From Fidelibacterota bacterium (GTDB lineage Bacteria; Fidelibacterota; SORT01), in contig JACZYG010000002.1 in assembly GCA_022571215.1 (NCBI GenBank), forward strand, positions 54,332-118,331: a DNA stretch of 64,000 nt. Direction: 5' to 3'. Below the pieces are notes generated by a model, which worked only from the letters and a program-made list of their open reading frames with translations, was not told the origin of the DNA and ran no database searches. Shown here piece after piece: positions 55,678 to 64,000 of the stretch (the first letter of the stretch is position 1; every line of letters begins with the position of its first letter). A program made the translations under genes and the position numbers.

Positions 55678-57502
55678 CATTAATCATGCAAAGTTGGCTG
55701 AGATTCCCAAAAGTCCCGGATGTTACCTGTTCAAGAGTGGAAAAGGGGAGATAATTTATGTCGGTAAGGCGAAGGTGCTTAGAAACAGAGTTCGTTCTTA
55801 TTTTCAAGAGGGAACGTCGAAAGACGGCAAGACGCTCGTTATGGTTAAAAAGATAGAGGATATTGAATGGCTTGCCACAAATAACGAAGTGGAAGCGTTC
55901 ATATTGGAAGCGAATCTCATAAAGGAGCATATTCCCCGTTATAACGTTACTCTAAAAGATGACAAGAGCTTTCCGTACATCAGAATAACCAATGAGCCGT
56001 ATCCACAGGTATTTCTAACGAGACGGGTTGTCCGTGACGGTTCAAAATATCTCGGTCCCTTTACCAATGTGGCAAAGGTAAGGCAGGCATTGAAAGTGGT
56101 GAAAAAAGTCTTTTCTATTCGTTCGTGTTCCTATCATATAAACGATGAATTCATAGAGAAGAAAAAAGCGAAGATCTGTTTGGACTATCATATTAAAAAA
56201 TGCGAAGGGCCATGCGAAGGACTTGTATCACAAAAAGAATATGTCGCGATGGTTCGTCAAGTTGAAGATTATCTCAACGGAAAGACATCGGGCGTTATAT
56301 CATATATTACGGCCAAAATGAAGGAAGCGGCAGAGGCGGAAGAATTCGAGGACGCAGCCCGCTTTAGAGATCAGCTCTCAACAGTTAAAAAACGCGCTGA
56401 ATCTCAGATGGTCGAATCGCTTGATGAGAGTGACAGGGATTTTATCGTGATTGCGGTTGAAGAGGAGAACGCATGCGCGGTTGTATTAAGAGTTCGAGAA
56501 GGAAAGTTGATAGGATTAGAACATTTCTTTCTGAAAGGTCTCGAGAACGAGCAACCTGAATCAATCCTGAGGCAATTTATAGGACAATATTATACAACTG
56601 CTGAAGACGTGCCGAAAGAAGTTTACAGTGAATTCAGGCTGAACGAATCAATCACTATTGAAGAGTGGTTGGGAAAGAAAAAGGGGAGTCCGGTAAGGCT
56701 TATGACCCCTCAGCGGGGAAAAAAGAAGAAACTGCTTTCAATGGCAATGAAAAATGCCAATTTACATTTGAAGGAATTCATACTAAACAAAATTGTCCGC
56801 GCGGATTACGTTCCAAAGAGTCTATCGGCTCTAAAAAACGACCTGAACATGGATAAAATGCCGCGCAGAATAGAAGCATTCGATATCTCAAATATACAGG
56901 GAAGTGACGCAGTGGGTTCAATGGTTTGTTTTATTAATGCGGCGCCCAGGAAAAGTGAATATAGGAGATTCAAGATAAAGTCGGTTGAAGGTCCGGATGA
57001 TTATTCCATGATGAGAGAGGTTCTTTTACGGAGATATAGGCGTGTTTTGGATGAAGATAAACCGCTGCCCGACCTGATACTCATTGATGGTGGAAAAGGA
57101 CAGCTCTCCGCAGCGGTTTCAGTTCTCAAAAACCTCGACCTTCTTGATCTGGATGTAATAGGATTAGCAAAACGCTTGGAAGAAGTGTATAAACCTGATC
57201 AGAGCGAGCCTCAAAATATCTCCAAAACATCTCCCGGATTGAGTCTTCTCAGAAAAATACGAGATGAGTCTCACCGGTTTGCGATCACATATCATCGTAA
57301 ATTACGTAAAAAAAGAAACCTTCATTCGGTTCTTGATGATGTGAAAGGAATCGGACCGAATAAGCGGAATGCGTTGCTCGCGGAGTTCAAATCGGTTAAC
57401 GATATTAAAGATGCGCCGATAAATAAGCTGATAGTTGTTCCGGGTATATCCGCAAAATTGGCCGAATCGATCAAAAAGCAGCTCGTGGAGCTCCTCAGTT
57501 GA
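55655..57502 (+). CDS. uvrC: Excinuclease ABC subunit C
   Basis: 615 aa; GIY-YIG domain (GCYLFKSGKGEIIYVGKAKVLRNR), UvrBC-interaction region, RNase-H-like domain and C-terminal HhH. Confidence 0.95.
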   Translation: MLTKMPIDINHAKLAEIPKSPGCYLFKSGKGEIIYVGKAKVLRNRVRSYFQEGTSKDGKTLVMVKKIEDIEWLATNNEVEAFILEANLIKEHIPRYNVTLKDDKSFPYIRITNEPYPQVFLTRRVVRDGSKYLGPFTNVAKVRQALKVVKKVFSIRSCSYHINDEFIEKKKAKICLDYHIKKCEGPCEGLVSQKEYVAMVRQVEDYLNGKTSGVISYITAKMKEAAEAEEFEDAARFRDQLSTVKKRAESQMVESLDESDRDFIVIAVEEENACAVVLRVREGKLIGLEHFFLKGLENEQPESILRQFIGQYYTTAEDVPKEVYSEFRLNESITIEEWLGKKKGSPVRLMTPQRGKKKKLLSMAMKNANLHLKEFILNKIVRADYVPKSLSALKNDLNMDKMPRRIEAFDISNIQGSDAVGSMVCFINAAPRKSEYRRFKIKSVEGPDDYSMMREVLLRRYRRVLDEDKPLPDLILIDGGKGQLSAAVSVLKNLDLLDLDVIGLAKRLEEVYKPDQSEPQNISKTSPGLSLLRKIRDESHRFAITYHRKLRKKRNLHSVLDDVKGIGPNKRNALLAEFKSVNDIKDAPINKLIVVPGISAKLAESIKKQLVELLS

Positions 57503-58908
57503 GCAGAATATTTTTTGCGGTTATACTGATTTTTTTCTCTTCCGCTTCGTACGGACAGTCGGTATCTGACCAAACGACCTTGGTTCACCCGCAAAAGAAA
57601 CATGCGCCGATCAGAAAAGCGGGAAAATATCTTCTCAAGCTCTATCTTGGTATTAGCGCGAAAGTTGATGATCCGCAGGGGATCGCGATCGTAAAGCTCA
57701 TATCACGTGATGATCCCGATGTGCCGAAGGACGATGATGAGGTAACGGTTTACGGTGTAAACAGAGGGAATAACTCAATAATATACAATAATTCTCTTCT
57801 GTCGGTTGCGATTTATGGAAAAGGCTTGCCTGATGAGCATCGGTTGAAATCGCCTAATGGCATCACGGCTAATCCTGCGGGAAGGGTTCTTGTTGCGGAC
57901 ACCGGCAATGACAGGATAGTGGAACTGCAAGACAACGGGATTCTCTCTCACGTAAGAACATACGGTAAAAAGGGAACTGGGAAAGGGGAATTCAATGCGC
58001 CGTTAGACGTTAAATTAGATTCTCAGGGAAATTTTTATGTTTTAGACAGCGGTAATAACAGGATTCAGTTCTTTTCGGCGGATGGGGAAGTGTTAGAAAT
58101 ATGGGGCGAGGGAGACGGGTTGAGTCTGAATAATCCGATTTCAATGGTTGTTACCGACCTGCGGGAGAGATGGTCCTACAGTAAAAAGAACATGATAATT
58201 GTGTCTGATAATAACGGCGCAAGCCTGAAAAAACTAACGGGTAAAGGGGTATTGGTAAAAGAGGTGACGGGAGCCGATATTGGTTATCCCGATGCTTTGT
58301 TCGCATATCTGGCTCTCGATTATTATGACAATATTTACGCGACCGATAGGAAGAATCATGTTATCCATAAGTTCAAATCCAACTTATCATATATAACGAC
58401 TTTTGGAAGGAGGGGGAAAAATAAGAACGAGTTTATAGAGCCAAGAGGCATAGCCATTTGGAGAAGATTGGGTCAGGTGATAATCGGGGAGAAAGAAACA
58501 GTACAGTACTATCTGATCGGCACGGAGCTGCAAGACGTCAGATTAGAAACCGTCAAGGGAGCCGTTTATCTGTCTGCAAAATTGACAGAGAGAGCTATCT
58601 TGAAAGTGGATATTTTTGATGAGAACAATAATTTTGTCAGGAGATTGAATAAAACCGGCAAGAAGTATGGACCCGGTAATGTAACATTCAGGTGGAATAT
58701 GATGCCGGGGGAATTTGAAAGTATTTACAAAGAAATTGACGGATATAAACGTAAAAAGAATTACTCTATAGATGAAAAGGTTCCGGCGGGGAAATATAAA
58801 ATCCGGTTAGAGGCTAAACCGACTTATTCTTCAAAAAAGTATTTTAAGGATAAGGAACAGATCGAATTGGAAATAAAAGAAAACGGAATCGTTGTTGAAA
58901 TTAAATAA
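57499..58908 (+). CDS. Secreted NHL repeat-containing protein
   Basis: 469 aa with signal peptide; repeated NHL-type units (VADTGNDRIVEL, VLDSGNNRIQFF, ATDRKNHVIHKF). Confidence 0.75.
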   Translation: MSRIFFAVILIFFSSASYGQSVSDQTTLVHPQKKHAPIRKAGKYLLKLYLGISAKVDDPQGIAIVKLISRDDPDVPKDDDEVTVYGVNRGNNSIIYNNSLLSVAIYGKGLPDEHRLKSPNGITANPAGRVLVADTGNDRIVELQDNGILSHVRTYGKKGTGKGEFNAPLDVKLDSQGNFYVLDSGNNRIQFFSADGEVLEIWGEGDGLSLNNPISMVVTDLRERWSYSKKNMIIVSDNNGASLKKLTGKGVLVKEVTGADIGYPDALFAYLALDYYDNIYATDRKNHVIHKFKSNLSYITTFGRRGKNKNEFIEPRGIAIWRRLGQVIIGEKETVQYYLIGTELQDVRLETVKGAVYLSAKLTERAILKVDIFDENNNFVRRLNKTGKKYGPGNVTFRWNMMPGEFESIYKEIDGYKRKKNYSIDEKVPAGKYKIRLEAKPTYSSKKYFKDKEQIELEIKENGIVVEIK

Positions 58909-58923
58909 AGTGAATGAAATTCT

Positions 58924-61158
58924 GTGAAGGAACAAAAAGTTACTTTAGAGCTCGCTGTTGAGCACGGACTCACCGAGGCAGAGTTTGAAGAAATAAAGAG
59001 TATTCTCGGAAGAGTGCCGAATTATACCGAATTGGGAATTTTTTCGGTAATGTGGAGCGAACACTGTTCATATAAATCCTCTATCGCGGAGTTAAAAAAG
59101 CTTCCAAAAGAAGGTAAGCGTATACTGTCCGGCGCGGGAGAAGAAAACGCCGGACTGGTTGATATCGGAGACGGAATAGCGGTAGCGTTTAAAATAGAAA
59201 GCCACAACCATCCTTCGGCGATTGAACCGTATCAGGGAGCGGCAACAGGAGTAGGGGGAATTATGAGAGATATATTCACTATGGGCGCTCGTCCGATAGC
59301 CTCTCTGAATTCATTACGGTTCGGCCCTCTTGACAGCGCCAAGAACAGGTATCTTCTCGATGGCGTAGTGCGCGGGATAGGCGATTACGGAAACTGTATG
59401 GGAGTTCCCACAGTGGCGGGGGAGATATATTTCGATCCCCATTATGAAGGTAATCCGCTTATTAACGCCATGACAGTGGGGATTGTGAAACATAACAATA
59501 CGGCGAGCGCAATCGCAAAGGGAGAAGGCAACAGCGTAATGTTGTTAGGCTCATCAACGGGAAGAGACGGTATTCATGGAGCGACTTTTGCTTCTGTGGA
59601 GCTTTCCGAGGAATCGGAGGAGAAGCGACCGGCTGTTCAAGTAGGTGATCCGTTTACCGAAAAACTTCTCTTGGAAGCAGTTCTTGAGTTGACGAAACAA
59701 AATTTGCTCATAGGTATGCAGGATATGGGCGCAGCCGGGATAATCTGCTCGTCAGCCGAAATGGCTGAAAAGGGTGGAGTGGGAATGGAAATCGATCTAT
59801 CAAAAGTGCCGTTGCGGGAGGAGGGAATGATTCCCTATGAAATCCTTCTTTCAGAATCTCAAGAACGAATGCTCCTTGTAGTCAGGAAGGGAAAAGATAG
59901 AGAAGTATTGAATATTGCCGAGAAGTGGGAGCTTAATTGTGTCAAGATAGGAAAAGTGATTATCGGAACAGAACTTAAGTTCAAGATGGATGGGAATGAA
60001 AGCGCAACCGTACCGGCGGAATCGCTTGTTTTGGGAGGCGGCGCTCCCGTTTATCATAGAGAGAGCAGGCAGCCGGAATATCTTGAGAAGCTCAGAGAAT
60101 TTGATGTAAGAGATATTGAAGTTCCTTCCGATATAGAAGCAACCTTTCTCCGGTTGCTTACGTCAACGAATATCGCAAGTAAGAGATGGGTTTACCGGCA
60201 GTATGACAGCACGGTACAATCTAATACGGTGCTTGGTCCCGGTAAAGCCGATGCGGCGGTCATTAGAATTAAAGAGGCGCCCAACAAGGCTATAGCAATA
60301 AAGACAGATGGAAACGGCAGATATACTTATATCAATCCTCGAAAAGGAGGTATGATAGCTGTTGCGGAATCGGCTCGGAACGTCGTCTGCACAGGCGCGA
60401 GACCTATCGCAATAACGAATTGTCTTAATTTTGGAAACCCGGAGGATCCGGAAGTATTTTGGACATTCAAGGAAGCCGTGGCAGGTATAGGAGAAGCTTG
60501 TCTTGTGTTTGATACTCCGGTTACGGGGGGAAACGTCAGCTTTTACAATGAAAATCCCGAGGGCGCCATCTTTCCTACGCCTGTGATCGGAATGCTTGGT
60601 TTGATAGAGGATCTGGCTCATATCAGGCAGTCAGGTTTTGTTGATGAAGGCGATTTTATAATTCTATTGGGTAGCCTCGGAGGATGCATCGGTGGATCGG
60701 AATACCTTAATCTGATTCATGGAAGGGTGGAGGGAGATATTCCGAACATAGACCTTGATTATGAAAAATTAGTTCAGGAAACTGTGCTCGAAGGCATTCG
60801 CAGCGGGATTATAAAATCAGCTCATGACATTTCAGATGGTGGCATTGCGATTGCGCTCGCTGAGTGTTGCATAGCCGGGAGAAACAATTTAGGAGCGAAC
60901 ATCGTAATAAATAGAAAGATAAGAGACGACGAACTTCTCTTCGGAGAAACTCAATCGGCAATCATTGTAACGGTTGCAGAGAGTGACCTGATACGAATAG
61001 AGGAAGTTAGCGGAAAATTCGAGATACCATGCGAAACGATCGGCAAGGTATCCGGAGACAGCCTCTCGATAAACTCGTATTTTGACATACCTGTTTCCGA
61101 ATTGAGAACTAAATATGAATCAGCGCTGCCCGAACTGTTAGAAAGGAGACTAAGATAA
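58924..61158 (+). CDS. purL: Phosphoribosylformylglycinamidine synthase subunit PurL
   Basis: 744 aa; [34 protein letters not shown] and duplicated PurM-like domains. Confidence 0.95.
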   Translation: MKEQKVTLELAVEHGLTEAEFEEIKSILGRVPNYTELGIFSVMWSEHCSYKSSIAELKKLPKEGKRILSGAGEENAGLVDIGDGIAVAFKIESHNHPSAIEPYQGAATGVGGIMRDIFTMGARPIASLNSLRFGPLDSAKNRYLLDGVVRGIGDYGNCMGVPTVAGEIYFDPHYEGNPLINAMTVGIVKHNNTASAIAKGEGNSVMLLGSSTGRDGIHGATFASVELSEESEEKRPAVQVGDPFTEKLLLEAVLELTKQNLLIGMQDMGAAGIICSSAEMAEKGGVGMEIDLSKVPLREEGMIPYEILLSESQERMLLVVRKGKDREVLNIAEKWELNCVKIGKVIIGTELKFKMDGNESATVPAESLVLGGGAPVYHRESRQPEYLEKLREFDVRDIEVPSDIEATFLRLLTSTNIASKRWVYRQYDSTVQSNTVLGPGKADAAVIRIKEAPNKAIAIKTDGNGRYTYINPRKGGMIAVAESARNVVCTGARPIAITNCLNFGNPEDPEVFWTFKEAVAGIGEACLVFDTPVTGGNVSFYNENPEGAIFPTPVIGMLGLIEDLAHIRQSGFVDEGDFIILLGSLGGCIGGSEYLNLIHGRVEGDIPNIDLDYEKLVQETVLEGIRSGIIKSAHDISDGGIAIALAECCIAGRNNLGANIVINRKIRDDELLFGETQSAIIVTVAESDLIRIEEVSGKFEIPCETIGKVSGDSLSINSYFDIPVSELRTKYESALPELLERRLR

Positions 61159-61769
61159 TGAGAACTGCGCTAATAATATTCTGCATACTGCTGTATACGT
61201 CATTTAGCCATGCTCAGGAGCACGAGTATACTGAAATAATACAGATCGATCTTTCAAAAATAGAAGACTATGTTTACAAAAAGACCACTGGTAAAGCCCG
61301 CGCGATTCAAAAACTCCCAAATTTTGTTTTAGAAGATACCACCGGAGAGATGAAAGATTTCTACAAGTTCATCAAGGGTAAAAAGATAGTTCTTCTCACA
61401 TTTATGCGAGCCGATTGCGAAAATTCACAGTATGAATATCCGAATATTGAAAAAAACTATCAGAAATACAAAAATAAGGGGTTTGATGTATTCGCCATAA
61501 TGGAATACACAAATGCAGACCACCTTGACGAGTTTCTAATGACATATTTTCCATCAGTTACATTGACTTTAGGAACCCGCACTAAAGAAGATGAGGATAT
61601 TCGTTTTCTAACTGACCATTATCGGTTGCGCAAATCTCTCGGTGATACCCGGAAATGGGGAACTCCCTTCAGTTTCCTTATTATAGACGGTGATTTACAG
61701 AATGTATGGTACGTCGGCGGCGAGTTCAATCCCGGTGATTTGGAAAATTTTTTGAAAAAAAATCTTTAG
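61158..61769 (+). CDS. Thioredoxin-like fold protein (redoxin/TlpA-like, atypical single Cys), secreted
   Basis: 203 aa with signal peptide; thioredoxin-fold-like organisation but no canonical CxxC; weak assignment. Confidence 0.4.
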   Translation: MRTALIIFCILLYTSFSHAQEHEYTEIIQIDLSKIEDYVYKKTTGKARAIQKLPNFVLEDTTGEMKDFYKFIKGKKIVLLTFMRADCENSQYEYPNIEKNYQKYKNKGFDVFAIMEYTNADHLDEFLMTYFPSVTLTLGTRTKEDEDIRFLTDHYRLRKSLGDTRKWGTPFSFLIIDGDLQNVWYVGGEFNPGDLENFLKKNL

Positions 61770-61788
61770 GATAAGAAGTATCGAAAAT

Positions 61789-62670
61789 TCAGTTTTTTTC
61801 TAAAACGAATTCCGCATATTTAATTATCTCCGTAGCGACATCCACGCCCGTGGTAAGTTCTATACCCTGAAGTCCGGGAGATGAGTTCAGCTCGATAATG
61901 ATCGGTTCCCCCGGTGTATCGAAGAAATCAACTCCCGCAATCCCAAGCCCAAGAATTTCGGTAGCCCTTACCGCTGTCTCTTCCTGAATGGAAGAGAGGA
62001 CTACGATTTTACCTGTTCCTCCTCTGTGTATATTCGCTCTAAATTCCTCCGCGGCGGCTTCACGTTTCATGGCGGCGACCACCTTACCGTTTACTACAAA
62101 AGCGCGAATATCTCTTCCCTTTGAATCCGCAATAAACTGCTGAATTAAGATATCCTGGCCGAGATTCCAAAGAGTGTCTAATGTAGATTCAAACGATTGT
62201 TTTGTCTCGGAGATGATCACTCCTATGCCCTGAGTCCCTTCTATAAGCTTCAGGATAACGGGAGGACCGTCTGTCAGTTGAAGCGCTCTGACCAACTGAT
62301 TCGGATTCCGCGCCATTACGGTTTTGGGAATATGTATACCTTCAGCCGCAAGCAGTTGCAAAGATCTCATCTTGTCACGCGAGCGACTGATAGAATCAGC
62401 GGAGTTGAGGACGTTTGCTCCGAGGATTTCGAACTGTCTGACGACAGATATGCCGTAATTAGTAAGGGAAGCGCCTATACGAGGTACAATGACATCCGGT
62501 GGATTAACCTTTCGTCCCGAGTAATAGATCGAATGCTGATATCTCATGAGGTTTAATTGACATTTGAGAGGGTTATATGTGATCACCCGATGACCTCTGT
62601 TCCTTGCTGCCTCTCTAATGCGTTTGGTCGAATAAATTCTGCTTCCTTTGGATAGAATGCCGAGTCTCAT
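61789..62670 (-). CDS. rimK: RimK family alpha-L-glutamate ligase (ATP-grasp)
   Basis: 293 aa; ATP-grasp motifs VILKLIEGTQGIGV and DIRAFVVNGKVVAAMKR. Confidence 0.85.
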   Translation of the reverse strand: MRLGILSKGSRIYSTKRIREAARNRGHRVITYNPLKCQLNLMRYQHSIYYSGRKVNPPDVIVPRIGASLTNYGISVVRQFEILGANVLNSADSISRSRDKMRSLQLLAAEGIHIPKTVMARNPNQLVRALQLTDGPPVILKLIEGTQGIGVIISETKQSFESTLDTLWNLGQDILIQQFIADSKGRDIRAFVVNGKVVAAMKREAAAEEFRANIHRGGTGKIVVLSSIQEETAVRATEILGLGIAGVDFFDTPGEPIIIELNSSPGLQGIELTTGVDVATEIIKYAEFVLEKN

Positions 62671-63464
62671 GAATTTTCCGCTCTCCCCTTCGCTCTTAAA
62701 ATAGCTTCAATGGCTTCTTCATGGATGAATCCGTTACTTATCAAAATATTCCCCGTTTCTAAATCAAAAGGATCGCCGAATGGAGAAGTGATCTTTCCTC
62801 CGGCTTCCTGAAGTATCAAACTTCCTGCAGCTATATCCCAAGGTTCGAGCGTAAATTCATAATACAGGTCGAATCTTCCCATAGCCGTATAACAGCAGTC
62901 AAGAGAGGCTGTACCGAGCCTTCGCAAGCCTTGAGCGCTCGTTAACATCTCTCTGACACTCTCCACAACGATATCAAGAATACCCTCCGATTCGTAAGGA
63001 AATCCGGTAGCCACAAGAGCGTATTTGAGTTTATTCACCTCTGAAACCGTTATCGGTTCATCGTTCAATTTTGCGCCGTTTCCGATTGCGGCGGTGAACT
63101 CTTCTTTATTATAAGGATCGTAGACCACTCCTGATTGAATCACACCATCATTTTCGTAAGCGATTGATACGGTGAAACCCGGTAAGGAGTGTGTAAAATT
63201 GGTGGTGCCGTCGAGAGGATCAACTATCCAACGCTCATCCGCGCTTCCATGCGATTCTTCATTTTCTTCGGAGGTGATGTGGACACCGGGAGAATTCTTT
63301 GACAAAAATTCCAATATGACTTCCTCTGATTCCCGGTCTGTGTCGGTTACAAGGTTGATCTTCCCTTTAAAATCAAGCTTACCCGCGTTTCCAAGTTTAC
63401 TGAGAAGAATTTTTCCCCCTTCCCGAGCGGCGATTCGCGCGATTTCAAGATGCTCAAGACTCAT
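62667..63464 (-). CDS. suhB: Inositol monophosphatase family protein (SuhB-like)
   Basis: 265 aa; WIVDPLDGTTNF and ATGFPYE motifs. Confidence 0.85.
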   Translation of the reverse strand: MSLEHLEIARIAAREGGKILLSKLGNAGKLDFKGKINLVTDTDRESEEVILEFLSKNSPGVHITSEENEESHGSADERWIVDPLDGTTNFTHSLPGFTVSIAYENDGVIQSGVVYDPYNKEEFTAAIGNGAKLNDEPITVSEVNKLKYALVATGFPYESEGILDIVVESVREMLTSAQGLRRLGTASLDCCYTAMGRFDLYYEFTLEPWDIAAGSLILQEAGGKITSPFGDPFDLETGNILISNGFIHEEAIEAILRAKGRAENS

Positions 63465-63517
63465 TTGTCGCTCTAATTTTCAACTCATAATTTTTGATCT
63501 ATACTCTAAACCGGAAA

Positions 63518-64000
63518 TCAAACATCATTTTTATGGTTCAGAAGATATTCGTTGGTCATTTTCACCAACAGCGGAGTCAGTAGAAGTATAGATATCAAGT
63601 TCGGTATAACCATAAATCCTAACGCTATATCACCGAACGTCCATGCCATATTGATGGTAAGATTTGCCCCGACGAATATGGCTATTGAAAATAGTATTCT
63701 GTAAGGCATTATGCCCTTCCGTCCGATAAGGAATTCAACGCCTCTGTCGCCGTAATAACTCCAGGCTATCGCGGTGGAAAATGCGAATAGAATAACGGCG
63801 AACGTGACAAAATAATTCCCCCAATTACCCGGTAGACCATGACTGAATGCCTGCGCTGTCAGATTGGCTCCCGTAAGGAGCATACTGCCGCCTAAAGCCA
63901 ACTTACCGTCCTGAGAATCCATATTTATCGTTCCCTCATCATTGAGTTCGATCATACCCGTATACGGGGTTGTATTTCCATCCACTCCCGTAAGAGATAA
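63518..64000 (-). CDS. Alanine/glycine:cation symporter (AGCS) family protein, partial (N-terminus beyond window end)
   Basis: Frame stays open to position 64000; the C-terminal 160 aa are hydrophobic with the AGCS-like segment FSTAIAWSYYGDRGVEFL. Confidence 0.75.
   Translation of the reverse strand, partial: LSLTGVDGNTTPYTGMIELNDEGTINMDSQDGKLALGGSMLLTGANLTAQAFSHGLPGNWGNYFVTFAVILFAFSTAIAWSYYGDRGVEFLIGRKGIMPYRILFSIAIFVGANLTINMAWTFGDIALGFMVIPNLISILLLTPLLVKMTNEYLLNHKNDV

Noticed and set aside
1-64000. tRNA, rRNA, integrase or transposase genes
   Set aside because: Scanning intergenic regions by eye found no tRNA-like T-arm/acceptor sequences, no rRNA-like segments and no recombinase-like ORFs; tRNAscan/Infernal would be needed to exclude small RNAs formally.

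Overview
This 64 kb window is mostly bacterial core genome, densely packed with housekeeping genes; composition is moderately AT-rich by eye and no taxonomic assignment is attempted. Positions 768-8443 carry a minus-strand block: two tandem isocitrate-dehydrogenase-like genes, a thioesterase, a CPBP protease, lepA, der and a DUF512 radical-SAM-like gene. The rest is almost entirely plus-strand: aconitase, a PfpI-family protein, a fumarase/aspartase-family lyase, a complete suf Fe-S assembly operon with an embedded Rieske gene, an HdrD/GlpC-like membrane Fe-S oxidoreductase, a sigma-54 activator, lon, yebC-ruvC-ruvA, gcvT, ftsK-lolA, folB-folK, mscS, rsmE, smc, gdh, comF, uvrC and purL. The window ends with a minus-strand rimK, an inositol monophosphatase and a partial alanine/cation symporter gene. 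I found no rRNA, tRNA, CRISPR array, integrase or transposase. The strongest candidate for an undescribed system is a visibly AT-rich ~1.9 kb islet (about 12570-14485) between the fumarase-family gene and the suf operon. It carries two co-directional genes: a 2-TM protein of unknown family and a protein whose C-terminal ~150 aa carry motifs I recognise as a TIR-like Rossmannoid domain (COG4271/PF10137-type), with no cyclase, SIR2 or Macro partner nearby. Other points worth a second look are a dispersed family of hairpin modules in three intergenic regions, a hairpin-dense 840 bp spacer after lon, a near-consensus sigma-54 promoter upstream of lon, and a degraded UXS-like epimerase pseudogene at the left edge. 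All calls rest on reading the translations and sequence by eye; no database search or computation was run.
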